Positions 30,309 to 40,360 of a stretch of 64,000 bases of DNA are shown piece by piece. The stretch lies in contig JAGBHO010000047.1 of the NCBI GenBank assembly GCA_017935485.1, positions 2,285-66,284 on the forward strand, in the 5' to 3' direction. Numbering within the stretch: the stretch's first letter is position 1; the number at the start of each line of letters is the position of its first letter. The notes under the pieces are model-generated. The model saw only the letters and a program-made list of their open reading frames with translations. It had not been told where the DNA came from and searched no databases. The stretch is from Alphaproteobacteria bacterium (GTDB lineage Bacteria > Pseudomonadota > Alphaproteobacteria > RF32 > CAG-239). A program made the translations under genes and the position numbers.

Positions 30309-30785
30309 TCAGCGGCTGCAACGGTTTTTTCCGCGTTTTTTGAGGTAGTCCTGATGGTAGTCTTCCGCCGGATAAAAGGTTTTGGCCGGAACGACTTCCG
30401 TGACTATCGGGGCGGAAAAGGCTTTGTGTCTTTTTAGTTCGGTGATTTTATCGACGGCGGCCGTTTTTTGCTTTTCATTCAGATAAAAAATCGCGGAACG
30501 GTACTGGGTGCCGATGTCCGGCCCCTGGCGGTTTAAGGTCGTCGGATTATGAATTTTGAAGAACACGTCCAGCAATTGTTCGTAGCTTATCAACTGCGGG
30601 TCATAAGTGACTTCTACCGCTTCGGCATGTCCGGTTTTACCGCTTGAAACCTGTTCGTAGCTTGGGGCCGAAGTGGTGCCGCCGATGTATCCGACCTGAG
30701 TGGAATAGACGCCGGGGGTGCTGTCAAATGCCGACTGCACACTCCAAAAGCAGCCGGCGGCGAAGATGGCATGGGCCAGACTCAT
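30309..30785 (-). CDS. msrA: Peptide methionine sulfoxide reductase MsrA
   Basis: Start at MSLAHAIFAAGCFWSV (GCFWS active-site motif); the ORF-track N-terminal extension was rejected. Confidence 0.85.
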   Translation of the reverse strand: MSLAHAIFAAGCFWSVQSAFDSTPGVYSTQVGYIGGTTSAPSYEQVSSGKTGHAEAVEVTYDPQLISYEQLLDVFFKIHNPTTLNRQGPDIGTQYRSAIFYLNEKQKTAAVDKITELKRHKAFSAPIVTEVVPAKTFYPAEDYHQDYLKKRGKNRCSR

Positions 30786-30935
30786 TTTGCTTCTCCTTTG
30801 TTTGTTTTCTTTGAATATAATTTCTGTTCGGCACATATAAAGTCCGGAGTACTTTTTTATTCTTTCTCTCTTTAAGCTTTTATTTCGGTGATTATATATG
30901 CAGAAGTTATTGTTTGGGATGATAAGGAGAAAAAG

Positions 30936-31850
30936 ATGAAGACCATTGATTTGGATAATGACAGCAAAATGCCGATTATAGGTTTGGGGACGTGGAAAGC
31001 GTCTGCCGGTGAGGTTTATCAAGCCATTCGCTGGGCAATAAAATTAGGATATCAGCATATTGACTGTGCACCGTGTTATGGCAATGAAGACGAGATCGGG
31101 CAGGCGATTCATGATGCGATTGCCGAGGGCGACATCAAGCGCGAGCAATTGTTTATTACCTCAAAATTATGGAATGACAGCCATGCGCCGGAAGACGTGA
31201 TGTCGGCATTGCAGAAGACATTGGACGCTTTGCGGCTGGATTATCTGGATTTGTATCTGATGCATTGGCCGGTTGCCCAGAAAAAGGGCGTTATGCTGCC
31301 GGAGAGTGCGGATGATATGGTTTCTTTGTCCGAGCTTCCTTTGGAGGTGACTTGGGCCGAAATGGAAAAGATTCAGCGGCAGGGGTTGGTCGAATCAATC
31401 GGTGTATCTAATTTTGGCGTTAAAAAGCTGCAGGCTTTGCTTGAAAAAGCGGAGATTATGCCGAGCGTAAACCAGTTTGAACATCATCCTTATTTGCAAC
31501 AGCCGGAGCTGGTGGATTTGTGCCGTAAGAATAACATTGCCGTGACGGCTTATTCGCCGCTCGGGTCGGGAGATCACAGCATTGAAAACGAACCTGTTAT
31601 TTTGGAAATTTCCAAAAGATTAAAGGCTTCTCCGGCTCAGGTGCTTTTGGCATGGGCCATGCAGCAGGGGATTGCCGTTATTCCGAAGTCTGTCAATCTG
31701 GGGCATATCAAAGAAAATTTTGAGGCTCAGAGTCTTGTTTTGGACGGCAAAGATATGGAAGACATTGCCAAGCTGGATAAAAATCATCGTTTTATCGACG
31801 GCGCGGCTTTTGCTTTCGGTGATTATACCATTGAGAATATTTGGGAATAA
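30936..31850 (+). CDS. Aldo/keto reductase (AKR family)
   Basis: Start MKTIDLD with AAGGAG SD; IGLGTWK and LMHWP motifs. Confidence 0.8.
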   Translation: MKTIDLDNDSKMPIIGLGTWKASAGEVYQAIRWAIKLGYQHIDCAPCYGNEDEIGQAIHDAIAEGDIKREQLFITSKLWNDSHAPEDVMSALQKTLDALRLDYLDLYLMHWPVAQKKGVMLPESADDMVSLSELPLEVTWAEMEKIQRQGLVESIGVSNFGVKKLQALLEKAEIMPSVNQFEHHPYLQQPELVDLCRKNNIAVTAYSPLGSGDHSIENEPVILEISKRLKASPAQVLLAWAMQQGIAVIPKSVNLGHIKENFEAQSLVLDGKDMEDIAKLDKNHRFIDGAAFAFGDYTIENIWE

Positions 31851-31886
31851 GGTTGTACGGCCGAGCGTAATTTTGAACGGAGAATA

Positions 31887-32120
31887 TTGATGACAATGAA
31901 TGTTTTGGAAAGAGCCAAGAAACTGCATAACCAGGCAGGGAAGAGTATTATTGCCGGCAGAAATGCCTGGACAAGTGTTGTAACTGCGGATTTTGAAGCT
32001 TTTTTGTTTCAGAATGCCGGGCAGACTTATCCGCGTCCGGCAGCCTCAAAGCAGATTTTTGATTGGGAAAACTGGGCCTTGCGGGATGTGTCCGAGCAAA
32101 AACCTATGTATCGGAATTAA
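31887..32120 (+). CDS. Hypothetical small protein (77 aa)
   Basis: ORF only. Confidence 0.25.
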   Translation: MMTMNVLERAKKLHNQAGKSIIAGRNAWTSVVTADFEAFLFQNAGQTYPRPAASKQIFDWENWALRDVSEQKPMYRN

Positions 32121-32124
32121 GGGC

Positions 32125-33084
32125 TTATTTTTGCAGCCGTTTTAAGATAAAATCTGTCAGTTCCTGTGGATTTTCCCATTCAACGGAAATTTCCAGCACA
32201 TTGAAATGCGGCTGCAACATGGTCGGAATTTTTACGAAATCTTTGGCCGTGGTGAATAGTTCGGCATTAAAATAATGAGCTTCGTGGAGGAGATTTTGCA
32301 ACTCGTCTTCGGTATAGAAATGATGATCGCCGAAGTCAAAGGTTTTTATCAGGGTAAAGCCGAGTTCTTTTAACGAGTTGTAAAATTTCTGCGGGCGGCC
32401 GATGCCGGCGAAAGCGATAATGTTTTGCGGCGGCAGTTCGGGGGGCAGAGCTTTTACCTTTCCGTAAAAAACAGGCAGTTTTTTCAGGCGTTTTGCCAGA
32501 TTGTGCTTATCTTCTCCCAGAATGATTGCGGCCTGTGCCCGTTTTAAGCCGGCGGCAAAATTTTCGCGCAGCGGACCGGCCGGAATATATCTGCCGTTGC
32601 CGATGCCGGTGGCACCGTCAAAGACCAGAAATGACAAATCTTTATATAATCCGGGGTTTTGAAAACCGTCATCCATTACAATGACGTCAGCGCCGTTCTG
32701 TACGGCCAGCTCAGCTCCCTGAGCACGGTCGGGGTTAATGACGGTTTGTGCCTGACGGGCAAGAAGCAACGGTTCGTCACCGGTTTGGCGGACATCGTAA
32801 CGTGTCGGGTCTGCAAAAATGTTGCGGCTTTTGCCGCCGTAACCGCGGGTAACGAAAAAAGGGTTTTTACCGGCCTGCTGCAACATTGCGGCAATGGAAA
32901 CGGAAACCGGCGTTTTGCCGGTGCCGCCGGCCGTCAGGTTGCCGACACAGATGACCGGACAAGCGGCCTTGCGGCTTTTTTTGAAGCGGAGGCGCAATCC
33001 GGTGGCAAGGGCATACATCCGGCCCAGCGGACTAAGCAGGTCTGACAGAAAGTTATCGCTGTTCCAGAAAGAAGGCGTTTTCAT
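32125..33084 (-). CDS. lpxK: Tetraacyldisaccharide 4-prime-kinase LpxK
   Basis: 319 aa; Walker A VGNLTAGGTGKTP typical of LpxK. Confidence 0.85.
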   Translation of the reverse strand: MKTPSFWNSDNFLSDLLSPLGRMYALATGLRLRFKKSRKAACPVICVGNLTAGGTGKTPVSVSIAAMLQQAGKNPFFVTRGYGGKSRNIFADPTRYDVRQTGDEPLLLARQAQTVINPDRAQGAELAVQNGADVIVMDDGFQNPGLYKDLSFLVFDGATGIGNGRYIPAGPLRENFAAGLKRAQAAIILGEDKHNLAKRLKKLPVFYGKVKALPPELPPQNIIAFAGIGRPQKFYNSLKELGFTLIKTFDFGDHHFYTEDELQNLLHEAHYFNAELFTTAKDFVKIPTMLQPHFNVLEISVEWENPQELTDFILKRLQK

Positions 33085-34343
33085 TAAATATATCCTTTGA
33101 CCTTATCCAGAATACCGTCCAGAATTTTGGCTTCGCCCTGAGCCCAGTTATAAGCCAGACTGCGTTTGGCTTCCAACAGTTCTTTGTGTTGAAGCAGGCT
33201 GCGGATGTTATCTTCCAGTTCCGCATCATTTTGTATCTGAATAACGGCATCGGCTTTTTTAGCCCGATTCATCGCATCGGTAAAATTATGCATATGCGGT
33301 CCGACGATCACGGCATTGCGGAAGCGCGACGGTTCCATAAAATTCTGTCCGCCATGCGGAATCAGCGACCCGCCGATAAAGGTTATCGGACTCAGGGTAT
33401 ACCATAAGCCGACTTCTCCGATAGTATCAGCGATATAAACATCGGTCTTGTCTGAAATTTTTTCGCCGGCCGAACGAAGCGCCGTTTTCAGCCCGAGCTC
33501 ATTGACAGCTTTTTGAATCTCCGGCCCGCGGTGCGGGTGGCGGGGAGCGGCAATCAGCAATAAATCGGAGAATTCTTTTTTGAGGTTTTTATGAATTTGC
33601 GCCGCGCGGACTTCTTCATTGTCGTGGGTTGAGCAAATGCACCATACCGTCCGGCTGCCGATTTGGGATTTTAATTCTGCCAGTTTGGTCTCGTCTACCG
33701 GCGGGTTGATGCCGGCGTATTTGATATTGCCAAGGCACATTGAATCTTTGGCCCCCAGAACGCGCAGGCGGTAAGCGTCTTCTTCCGACTGGCCGAGACA
33801 CAGGGTAAAGCATCCCAGCAGTTCTTTGCAGACGTAGTCAAACTGCTGCCACATTTTGAAAGATTTGTTGGAGATGCGACCGTTAACCAAAATCAGCGGA
33901 ATATTGCTTTTTTTGATTCCGGACAACAATGCCGGCCATAATTCCGATTCAAACCACAAAGCCAGATCCGGATGCCAGTATTTGATAAAACGGCGGACAA
34001 AACGGGGATGGTCAATCGGGATGTATTGATGAAACGCGCGTTCCGGCAGCCGTTTGTTCATCAGTTCGGCGGAGGTGACGGTGCCGGTCGTAACCATGAT
34101 GCTGAGGTCGGGGTAGGTCTCAAGCAGGCGGGTAATGAGCGGCAGCATGGAAAGGCTCTCGCCGACGGAAGCACCGTGCATCCATATCAATTTTCCTTCC
34201 GGCCGTTGTTTTTGCGGTTTGCCGATGCGTTCGTTAAAGCGCTTGAGGTCTTCTTTGCCTTTTTTCTTGCGTTTGTTGATGTAGCGTTTGATGACCAGCG
34301 GATAAAGCGCGCGGATCAGAGTGTTGTAAATACCGATAAACAT
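33084..34343 (-). CDS. waaA: 3-deoxy-D-manno-octulosonic acid (Kdo) transferase WaaA/KdtA
   Basis: 419 aa; GT30 N-terminal domain (IWMHGASVGE) and GT-B C-terminus. Confidence 0.85.
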   Translation of the reverse strand: MFIGIYNTLIRALYPLVIKRYINKRKKKGKEDLKRFNERIGKPQKQRPEGKLIWMHGASVGESLSMLPLITRLLETYPDLSIMVTTGTVTSAELMNKRLPERAFHQYIPIDHPRFVRRFIKYWHPDLALWFESELWPALLSGIKKSNIPLILVNGRISNKSFKMWQQFDYVCKELLGCFTLCLGQSEEDAYRLRVLGAKDSMCLGNIKYAGINPPVDETKLAELKSQIGSRTVWCICSTHDNEEVRAAQIHKNLKKEFSDLLLIAAPRHPHRGPEIQKAVNELGLKTALRSAGEKISDKTDVYIADTIGEVGLWYTLSPITFIGGSLIPHGGQNFMEPSRFRNAVIVGPHMHNFTDAMNRAKKADAVIQIQNDAELEDNIRSLLQHKELLEAKRSLAYNWAQGEAKILDGILDKVKGYI

Positions 34344-35104
34344 TATTTTTTCTCCGCCGGATGTTTCTTGGTTTTGACGCAGTCGCCGGGGAGGATCGGC
34401 GGAATGCCCATTGCACGGTCGGCTTCGTCATTCAGGTTGTTCATAATTTTTTCAAAATCAAGGCGGTAACGCTCCAGATCTTTTTCATCTGCGTCTTTGG
34501 GAACATAAAAAGGTTCGGAGATCAGGTATATGCCCTGATTGAACGGTGCCGGAATCATCATTTTGTCCCAGGCTTTTTCAATGATTTTGGCTTTTTTGGC
34601 GCTATAGACCATGCCGATCAGCGGTTTGCCGGTCTTGTGGGCAAAGTAAACCGGACTCATGCTCATGCGCATGCGCGGGCCGCGCGGGCCGTCGGGAATA
34701 ATGGTTACGGAAATTTTGTTATTCAGTGTATGCATGATATTGACCGCAGCGCCTTTGGCATTGTTGCTGGTCGAGCCGCCGATGGTTTTGATGCCGCATT
34801 TTTCCAATATGCCGGCAATGATGCGGCCGTCATTATGCAATGAGACCAGAGCCCGCATTTCCGGATGATAATTTTTTTTGAAAATCATCGGCATCATCAG
34901 AGCGCGGCCGTGCCAGCCGACCAAAATGAAGTTGCCTTCTTCCATCCAGGTGTTCAGAATGTTGTCCAGACCGCGGATTTCCCACCGGCTGGTGGCAAAA
35001 GTGAATTTGACATACAGGTAAAGCAGCCGGCTGACGAGCAGGGTGGCGAATTTGGACCTGGTAATTTTTTTGAGCGCTTTTTTTAACGGCTTGAATTTAG
35101 ACAT
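34343..35104 (-). CDS. DUF374-family lysophospholipid acyltransferase-like protein (commonly adjacent to waaA)
   Basis: 253 aa; LPLAT-like HxxxxD-type region (GWHGRALM). Confidence 0.65.
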   Translation of the reverse strand: MSKFKPLKKALKKITRSKFATLLVSRLLYLYVKFTFATSRWEIRGLDNILNTWMEEGNFILVGWHGRALMMPMIFKKNYHPEMRALVSLHNDGRIIAGILEKCGIKTIGGSTSNNAKGAAVNIMHTLNNKISVTIIPDGPRGPRMRMSMSPVYFAHKTGKPLIGMVYSAKKAKIIEKAWDKMMIPAPFNQGIYLISEPFYVPKDADEKDLERYRLDFEKIMNNLNDEADRAMGIPPILPGDCVKTKKHPAEKK

Positions 35105-35111
35105 GGAGGGT

Positions 35112-35414
35112 TCAGCCTTTGCTTCCGATCATTTCCGTGACGGAGATGCCGATAGAATCGTTTTCCGTGATAATGACTTCGCCGCGGCCGATTAAGACGT
35201 CATTGGCGTAGATGTCAACGTAGTCATTAATTCCGCGGTCAAGTTCAACAACTGCGCCGCGGCCGAGCTTGAGCAGCTGATGGACGCGCAGGTCGGCGGT
35301 TCCGAGCGTGACGGACAGTTCGACCCGGATGCCGTCATTGGGGATGATATTCTTATTGCCTGACACCATTTGTTTTTTTATTCTCCGGATATGGACTTTA
35401 TTACTTAATGCCAT
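35112..35414 (-). CDS. FliN/SpoA (SctQ C-terminal)-domain protein, stand-alone 100 aa
   Basis: VELSVTLGTADLRVHQLLKLGRGAVVELDRGINDYVDIYANDVLIGRGEVIITENDSIGISVTEMI closely parallels the FliN C-domain. Confidence 0.5.
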   Translation of the reverse strand: MALSNKVHIRRIKKQMVSGNKNIIPNDGIRVELSVTLGTADLRVHQLLKLGRGAVVELDRGINDYVDIYANDVLIGRGEVIITENDSIGISVTEMIGSKG

Positions 35415-35671
35415 TTTATATATATTTTATTTTTTATAAAGTCTTTTTATGGGTTTTGCGCATAACTTTAGAATTTTTTATGTACAGCCCGTATTCTTGA
35501 TATCGGTTTGTCCTGAATAAATCGGTATCCGCGGTGCAAGCTTGTGGATTAAAAAGTTTAAGATTGCCTGCAAAGCGTATTTATGCCAAAAAAGTTTTGC
35601 GGCATTGTTGCAGACGGCATTATGCCAACTTATATATTATGGGTAGGTTAAAATTGTAAGGTGTTTATGAA

Positions 35672-38005
35672 ATGGCAGAGACAAAAGAAAAATATCCGGT
35701 TCTTCCGCTGCGGGACATTGTGGTTTATCCGAAAATGGTGGTTCCGCTGTTTGTCGGAAGAGACAAGTCTATCAAGGCTTTGCAGGCCGGTGTTGACAAA
35801 GACAAAAATGTGGTGCTGCTGACTCAGAAAGACGCAAAAATCGATGACCCGACCGCCGAAGATTTGTTTAAGGTCGGCACGGTCGGTACGGTTTTGCAGC
35901 TTTTGAAACTTCCCGACGGTACGGTCAAGGTTTTGATTGAGGGGCTGGAACGGGTTAAGATTGACGCATTTGCCGATAATCCGGACTTTATTGAAGTCAC
36001 GGCAACAATTCTGCCTGAAGTTGAAGAAAAAGACAATCTGGAATTGGAGGCTCTGGTACGTGCCGTATTGTCGCAATTTGAGGAATATGTGAAGCTTTCG
36101 CGCAAGACGCCGCCCGAGGCTTTGGCGGCCGTTAACCAGATTGAGGATTACAGCAAGCTGGCTGACACCATTGCTTCGCACCTTTCTCTGAAAATTGAGG
36201 AAAAACAGGCCTTGTTGGAGGGCGAGACCCTGCATGATCGTTTTGAAAAGATTTTGGGCTTTATGGATTCCGAAATTACGATGCTGGAAGTAGAGAACCG
36301 GATTAAATCCCGTGTTAAACAGCAGATGGAAAAAAGCCAGAAGGAATATTATCTGAACGAGCAGATGAAGGCGATTCAAAAAGAGCTCGGCGATGACGAA
36401 GACGGCAATGAAATTGCCGAATATATGAAAAAGATTGAAAAGACAAAGTTGTCCAAAGAAGCCAAGGAGAAGGCTCTGGCTGAAGTAAAAAAGCTGAAGA
36501 ATATGAGTTCGATGTCTTCCGAGGCAACGGTGGTGCGCAATTATCTGGACTGGCTTTTGGATATTCCTTGGAAAAAACGTTCAAAAGTCAACAAAGATTT
36601 GCAAAAGGCTTTGGATATTCTGGAAAAAGACCATTACGGGCTGGACAAGGTCAAAGAAAGGATTGTGGAGTATTTGGCCGTGCAGTCGCGTGCTGACAAA
36701 GTAAAAGGCCCGATTTTGTGTCTGGTCGGCCCTCCAGGTGTGGGCAAGACTTCTCTCGGCAAATCCATTGCACGGGCAACGGGGCGCAGTTTTGTGCGTG
36801 CCTCGCTCGGCGGTATGCGCGATGAGGCGGAAATCCGCGGCCATCGCAGAACTTATATCGGGTCAATGCCGGGGAAAATTATTAAAGGAATGAAAAAAGC
36901 TGCAACGTCTAATCCGTTGTTTCTGCTTGATGAAATTGATAAACTCGGCAATGACTGGCGCGGCGATCCGAGTTCGGCGCTGCTGGAGGTGCTGGATCCG
37001 GAGCAGAATGCAGCCTTTAACGACCATTATCTGGAGGTTGATTACGATCTTTCCGACGTGATGTTCGTGACGACGGCAAACTCTTTGGATATGCCGCGTC
37101 CGCTGTTGGACCGTATGGAAATTATCCGGCTTTCGGGTTATACCGAAGATGAAAAAATTGAAATTTCCAAACGTCATCTGATTCCGAAGATTTTTGAAGA
37201 AAACGCCGTCAAACCGCATGAGCTGGTTATTACCGACGAGGCTATCCGCGATATTGTCCGTTACTATACCAGAGAAGCCGGCGTACGTAATCTGGAACGC
37301 GAATTGTCCAAGATTGCGCGGAAGGCAGTGAAGGATATTTTGCTGGAGAAAAACGGCCATATTGAAGTTAATGCCAAAAATCTGGAAAAGTATCTCGGCG
37401 TTATCAAATACCGTTACGGCGAAGCGGAGGCTGAAGATCATATCGGTGTTACAACCGGTCTGGCATGGACGGAAGTCGGCGGCGACATTCTCTTTATTGA
37501 GGCGGTTGACATGCCCGGAAAGGGAAAAATCACTCAGACCGGCAAACTCGGCGATGTGATGAAAGAATCTATCGAAACGGCTTATTCCGTGGTGCGTTCA
37601 CATTCCAAGCAGCTGGGGATTGATCCCGAGGTGTTTGAGAAAACCGATATTCACGTTCATGTGCCCGAGGGGGCAACGCCGAAAGACGGACCGTCGGCAG
37701 GTATTGCCATGTATACGACGCTGGTTTCCGTGCTGACCAAAATTCCGGTGCGGAAAGATGTGGCCATGACCGGCGAAATTACGCTGCAGGGCAGAGTGTT
37801 GCCTATCGGCGGGCTGAAAGAAAAGCTGCTTTCGGCTCTACGCGGCGGAATTAAGACTGTTATTATCCCTAAGGATAATGAAAAAGATTTGGCGGAAATT
37901 CCTGACAATGTGAAAAAAGGAATGAAGATTATTCCGGTTGACGAGGTTTCCAAAGTTTTGGAAATTGCGCTCAGGCAGAAAGTCAAGCCGCAGAAATCAA
38001 AGTAG
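35672..38005 (+). CDS. lon: ATP-dependent protease Lon
   Basis: 777 aa; LON N-domain, AAA+ Walker A GPPGVGKTS, protease Ser-Lys dyad region (DGPSAG...). Confidence 0.95.
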   Translation: MAETKEKYPVLPLRDIVVYPKMVVPLFVGRDKSIKALQAGVDKDKNVVLLTQKDAKIDDPTAEDLFKVGTVGTVLQLLKLPDGTVKVLIEGLERVKIDAFADNPDFIEVTATILPEVEEKDNLELEALVRAVLSQFEEYVKLSRKTPPEALAAVNQIEDYSKLADTIASHLSLKIEEKQALLEGETLHDRFEKILGFMDSEITMLEVENRIKSRVKQQMEKSQKEYYLNEQMKAIQKELGDDEDGNEIAEYMKKIEKTKLSKEAKEKALAEVKKLKNMSSMSSEATVVRNYLDWLLDIPWKKRSKVNKDLQKALDILEKDHYGLDKVKERIVEYLAVQSRADKVKGPILCLVGPPGVGKTSLGKSIARATGRSFVRASLGGMRDEAEIRGHRRTYIGSMPGKIIKGMKKAATSNPLFLLDEIDKLGNDWRGDPSSALLEVLDPEQNAAFNDHYLEVDYDLSDVMFVTTANSLDMPRPLLDRMEIIRLSGYTEDEKIEISKRHLIPKIFEENAVKPHELVITDEAIRDIVRYYTREAGVRNLERELSKIARKAVKDILLEKNGHIEVNAKNLEKYLGVIKYRYGEAEAEDHIGVTTGLAWTEVGGDILFIEAVDMPGKGKITQTGKLGDVMKESIETAYSVVRSHSKQLGIDPEVFEKTDIHVHVPEGATPKDGPSAGIAMYTTLVSVLTKIPVRKDVAMTGEITLQGRVLPIGGLKEKLLSALRGGIKTVIIPKDNEKDLAEIPDNVKKGMKIIPVDEVSKVLEIALRQKVKPQKSK

Positions 38006-38015
38006 TTTGTCGACA

Positions 38016-38058
38016 AATCCGAAAACTCCGGCATCGATAATGTGTCGGAGTTTCGGAT
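38016..38058 (+). terminator. Rho-independent terminator after lon
   Basis: TCCGAAAACTCCG...CGGAGTTTCGGA hairpin then TTTTAAA. Confidence 0.6.
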
Positions 38059-38336
38059 TTTAAACGACTCTGCGGGAAAATCAGAATCGCAGCCCGAATC
38101 GCACGCAAAATCAGGCATAAGGCGGTTTTCTGCGGTTTTTCCTGTTAATAACTCGGCAAAAATGCGCTTTTATGAGGAAAAATGTGGATTTTTTGCCTCG
38201 TTGGCGTTGTTTTTGTTTGACTTTGCAAAAAAATCACGCTTAAATTTTCCGTGTAAGGGGCGCAATGCTTGAGAAATTAAGGAAAACGCCGGCTTACAAT
38301 GGTTTGTAACTTAATATATTAGAGGGAGTCCTCACA

Positions 38337-38609
38337 GTGAATAAAAACGAATTAATTTCTAGCATTGCTAACGAAACCGGTCTGACAAAAACTGATTCTG
38401 CAAAAGCTTTGGATGCATTTGTATCTACAATTACTTCTGCTTTGAAATCCGGCGATGAAGTTCGTCTGGTTGGTTTTGGTACATTTGCTGTATCTAAACG
38501 TTCTGCTACTACCGGCCGCAATCCGCGCACTGGTGCCGAAATCAAAATTCCGGCTCGCAAGCAGGCTAAATTCAAAGCTGGTAAAGCTCTGCAAGACTCT
38601 GTAAACTAA
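38337..38609 (+). CDS. hupB: DNA-binding protein HU
   Basis: 90 aa, GTG start with AGAGGGAG SD; HU signature (GFGTF...RNPRTGAEIKIPA). Confidence 0.9.
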   Translation: MNKNELISSIANETGLTKTDSAKALDAFVSTITSALKSGDEVRLVGFGTFAVSKRSATTGRNPRTGAEIKIPARKQAKFKAGKALQDSVN

Positions 38610-38927
38610 TATCAGGGATCGGCTTCGGCCGGTCCTTTTATTTTAGCTGAGTTATTCAAAAACGGGATTCATCATAAGTGGATTCCGTTTTTTTTATGTT
38701 TTTTAGTCATTTGGATTCGAAATTGTTATTTTTTTACACGCTATAGAATATAAAATATTATTGTTTAGTATTTTGGTTGTTTGAGTAAAAGAATCTGTTT
38801 TGGGCGGAAAGCGTCAGAATATATTGCTTTTGGAGAAATTATGGCTATTTTACGATTTCTCTTGCCATTTTAGACAAAATGAGCTATTATGTAATTGAAA
38901 TTTTGTTTTAACTGAAGGATTTCACGG

Positions 38928-39377
38928 ATGAAGAAAATTTTCAAATTGGATGATGCCAAAAAGAACCTGCGTCGTGCAGCTTTGATTGCTATTGGCGCTT
39001 TTTCCCTGTCTGCGACCCAGATGCAGGCTCAGGACGGCAGCAAGCTTTTTAATAAAATTTATGAAAAATTGGAAAAGGTTGATCATAAAGTTAATAAGAT
39101 TACTCAGCCCGGAAGAGATTTGGCTTCTAAAATCAGAATAAGAAAAGGCGAAATTGAGTCGGCCAAGTTTATGTTAGGGCAGGCTTTGCCGATGGAAATT
39201 AATCAAAGAATAAACAGGGTGACAAATGCGGCCGAGAGAGTTGGCGATGCTGTTCAAACAGTTAGGACGGTAACAGGTGCCGGACGGCAAAGGGAGACCT
39301 TGCAGGAACAGCATGAGCAAAGTTCGCAAAATCGTGTCCGGTATGTACAACGGGCACCAAGAGGAGGCCGCGAATAA
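38928..39377 (+). CDS. Hypothetical secreted protein (signal peptide)
   Basis: 149 aa ORF only. Confidence 0.35.
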   Translation: MKKIFKLDDAKKNLRRAALIAIGAFSLSATQMQAQDGSKLFNKIYEKLEKVDHKVNKITQPGRDLASKIRIRKGEIESAKFMLGQALPMEINQRINRVTNAAERVGDAVQTVRTVTGAGRQRETLQEQHEQSSQNRVRYVQRAPRGGRE

Positions 39378-39719
39378 CCGAAGCGGCTTTTTTTATTGAA
39401 GGTTTTAATGTCTGAGTAGAAAGATTTTTCTTTCAGAAGTTTGAAATAAAAAGATTGTGTCGGTTTTTTACGGGCCGAGGCAGCGGTTAAATGACCCCAA
39501 GCGAAAATAAAGCGTAAAATCGGGGCATGAGGGTAACACTCCGTGTTGAAAAAAACAGCTTGCGAGTGATGGTTTTTCAGCCTTTATTTCCAGTCATAAC
39601 AAAATATATCTTTCCTATCCTTTTGAAAATATTTGCTTTCTTAAAAAAATTGAATTTTTTTTATTTTTTTGCTTGATTAATTCATTTTATGAGTGTATAA
39701 AATCTTTCGTAAACACGAT

Positions 39720-39795
39720 GGGAGTTTAGCTCAGCTGGAAGAGCATCTCGTTTACACCGAGAGGGTCGGGAGTTCGAACCTCTCAACTCCCACCA
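39720..39795 (+). tRNA. tRNA-Val (anticodon UAC), encoded CCA
   Basis: Acceptor GGGAGTT/AACTCCC, anticodon loop UUUACAC, T-loop TTCGAAC. TTGATT-17-TATAAA promoter upstream; terminator 39798-39832. Confidence 0.85.
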
Positions 39796-39840
39796 ATTAA
39801 AAAACCCGCTTTTATAGCGGGTTTTTTAATTGGATGAAGT

Positions 39841-40045
39841 TGGAAGTGAGAACTCCCGAGAAAGGGAGTTTGACTACCAGCGAAAGGCGGATGAAAAGAC
39901 GCCGGTGAGCAGGGCGAATGAGCGCCTGTGAAACTCGAGCGAAGCGATGAGTAACCCTCAACTCCCACCAATTAAAGAGCCACCCTTGCGGTGGCTTTTT
40001 TGTCTTTAATAGAGGTTCGAACTTTCTCGGGAGTTCTTCTTACTC
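39841..40045 (+). repeat. tRNA-like remnant / MITE-like element: 18-bp inverted repeats GAGAACTCCCGAGAAAG flanking a 107-nt segment carrying tRNA-Val-type 5-prime (GGGAGTTT) and 3-prime (CTCAACTCCCACCA) ends with its own terminator
   Basis: 39957-39976 duplicates 39782-39801 (20/20). IR at 39845-39865 versus 40022-40040. The right flank also holds an inverted partial copy of the tRNA T-arm. Confidence 0.7.
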
Positions 40046-40360
40046 GTAAGTTCAGCCTTCGGCTTCACTAATTCCAATTCCGATTAAGCAATTGTCTCGA
40101 TGTCTGTCGTCATCTCACAATCACAAGTCTTATTGCGTCTTCTTACAAAAAGCAACTTATTGAATGATAGGAGATTTGTTGATGATAATTGGAAACAATA
40201 TTCTAAGGTAGAGAATGAAGCATTTAAATATATTATTTATTAATCTTAAAGAAAAGTGTTTTTATAAAATTTTTCTAATCATCAACTCATAATTTGATTT
40301 CTTTTTTGATTTTTGTTATACTTTATTTTAATAAAAGAACAAAGAGGGCAGAAGCAAATT

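Noticed and set aside
30786-31022. N-terminal 79-aa extension of the msrA ORF as listed in the track
   Set aside because: MsrA homology starts at MSLAHAIFAAGCFWS; the extension overlaps the divergent AKR promoter region.
39925-39955. Possible hammerhead ribozyme core (GAAAC ... CGAUGAG) inside the tRNA-like element
   Set aside because: CUGAUGA core not intact (CGAUGAG lacks the U) and the block order does not fit the hammerhead topology.
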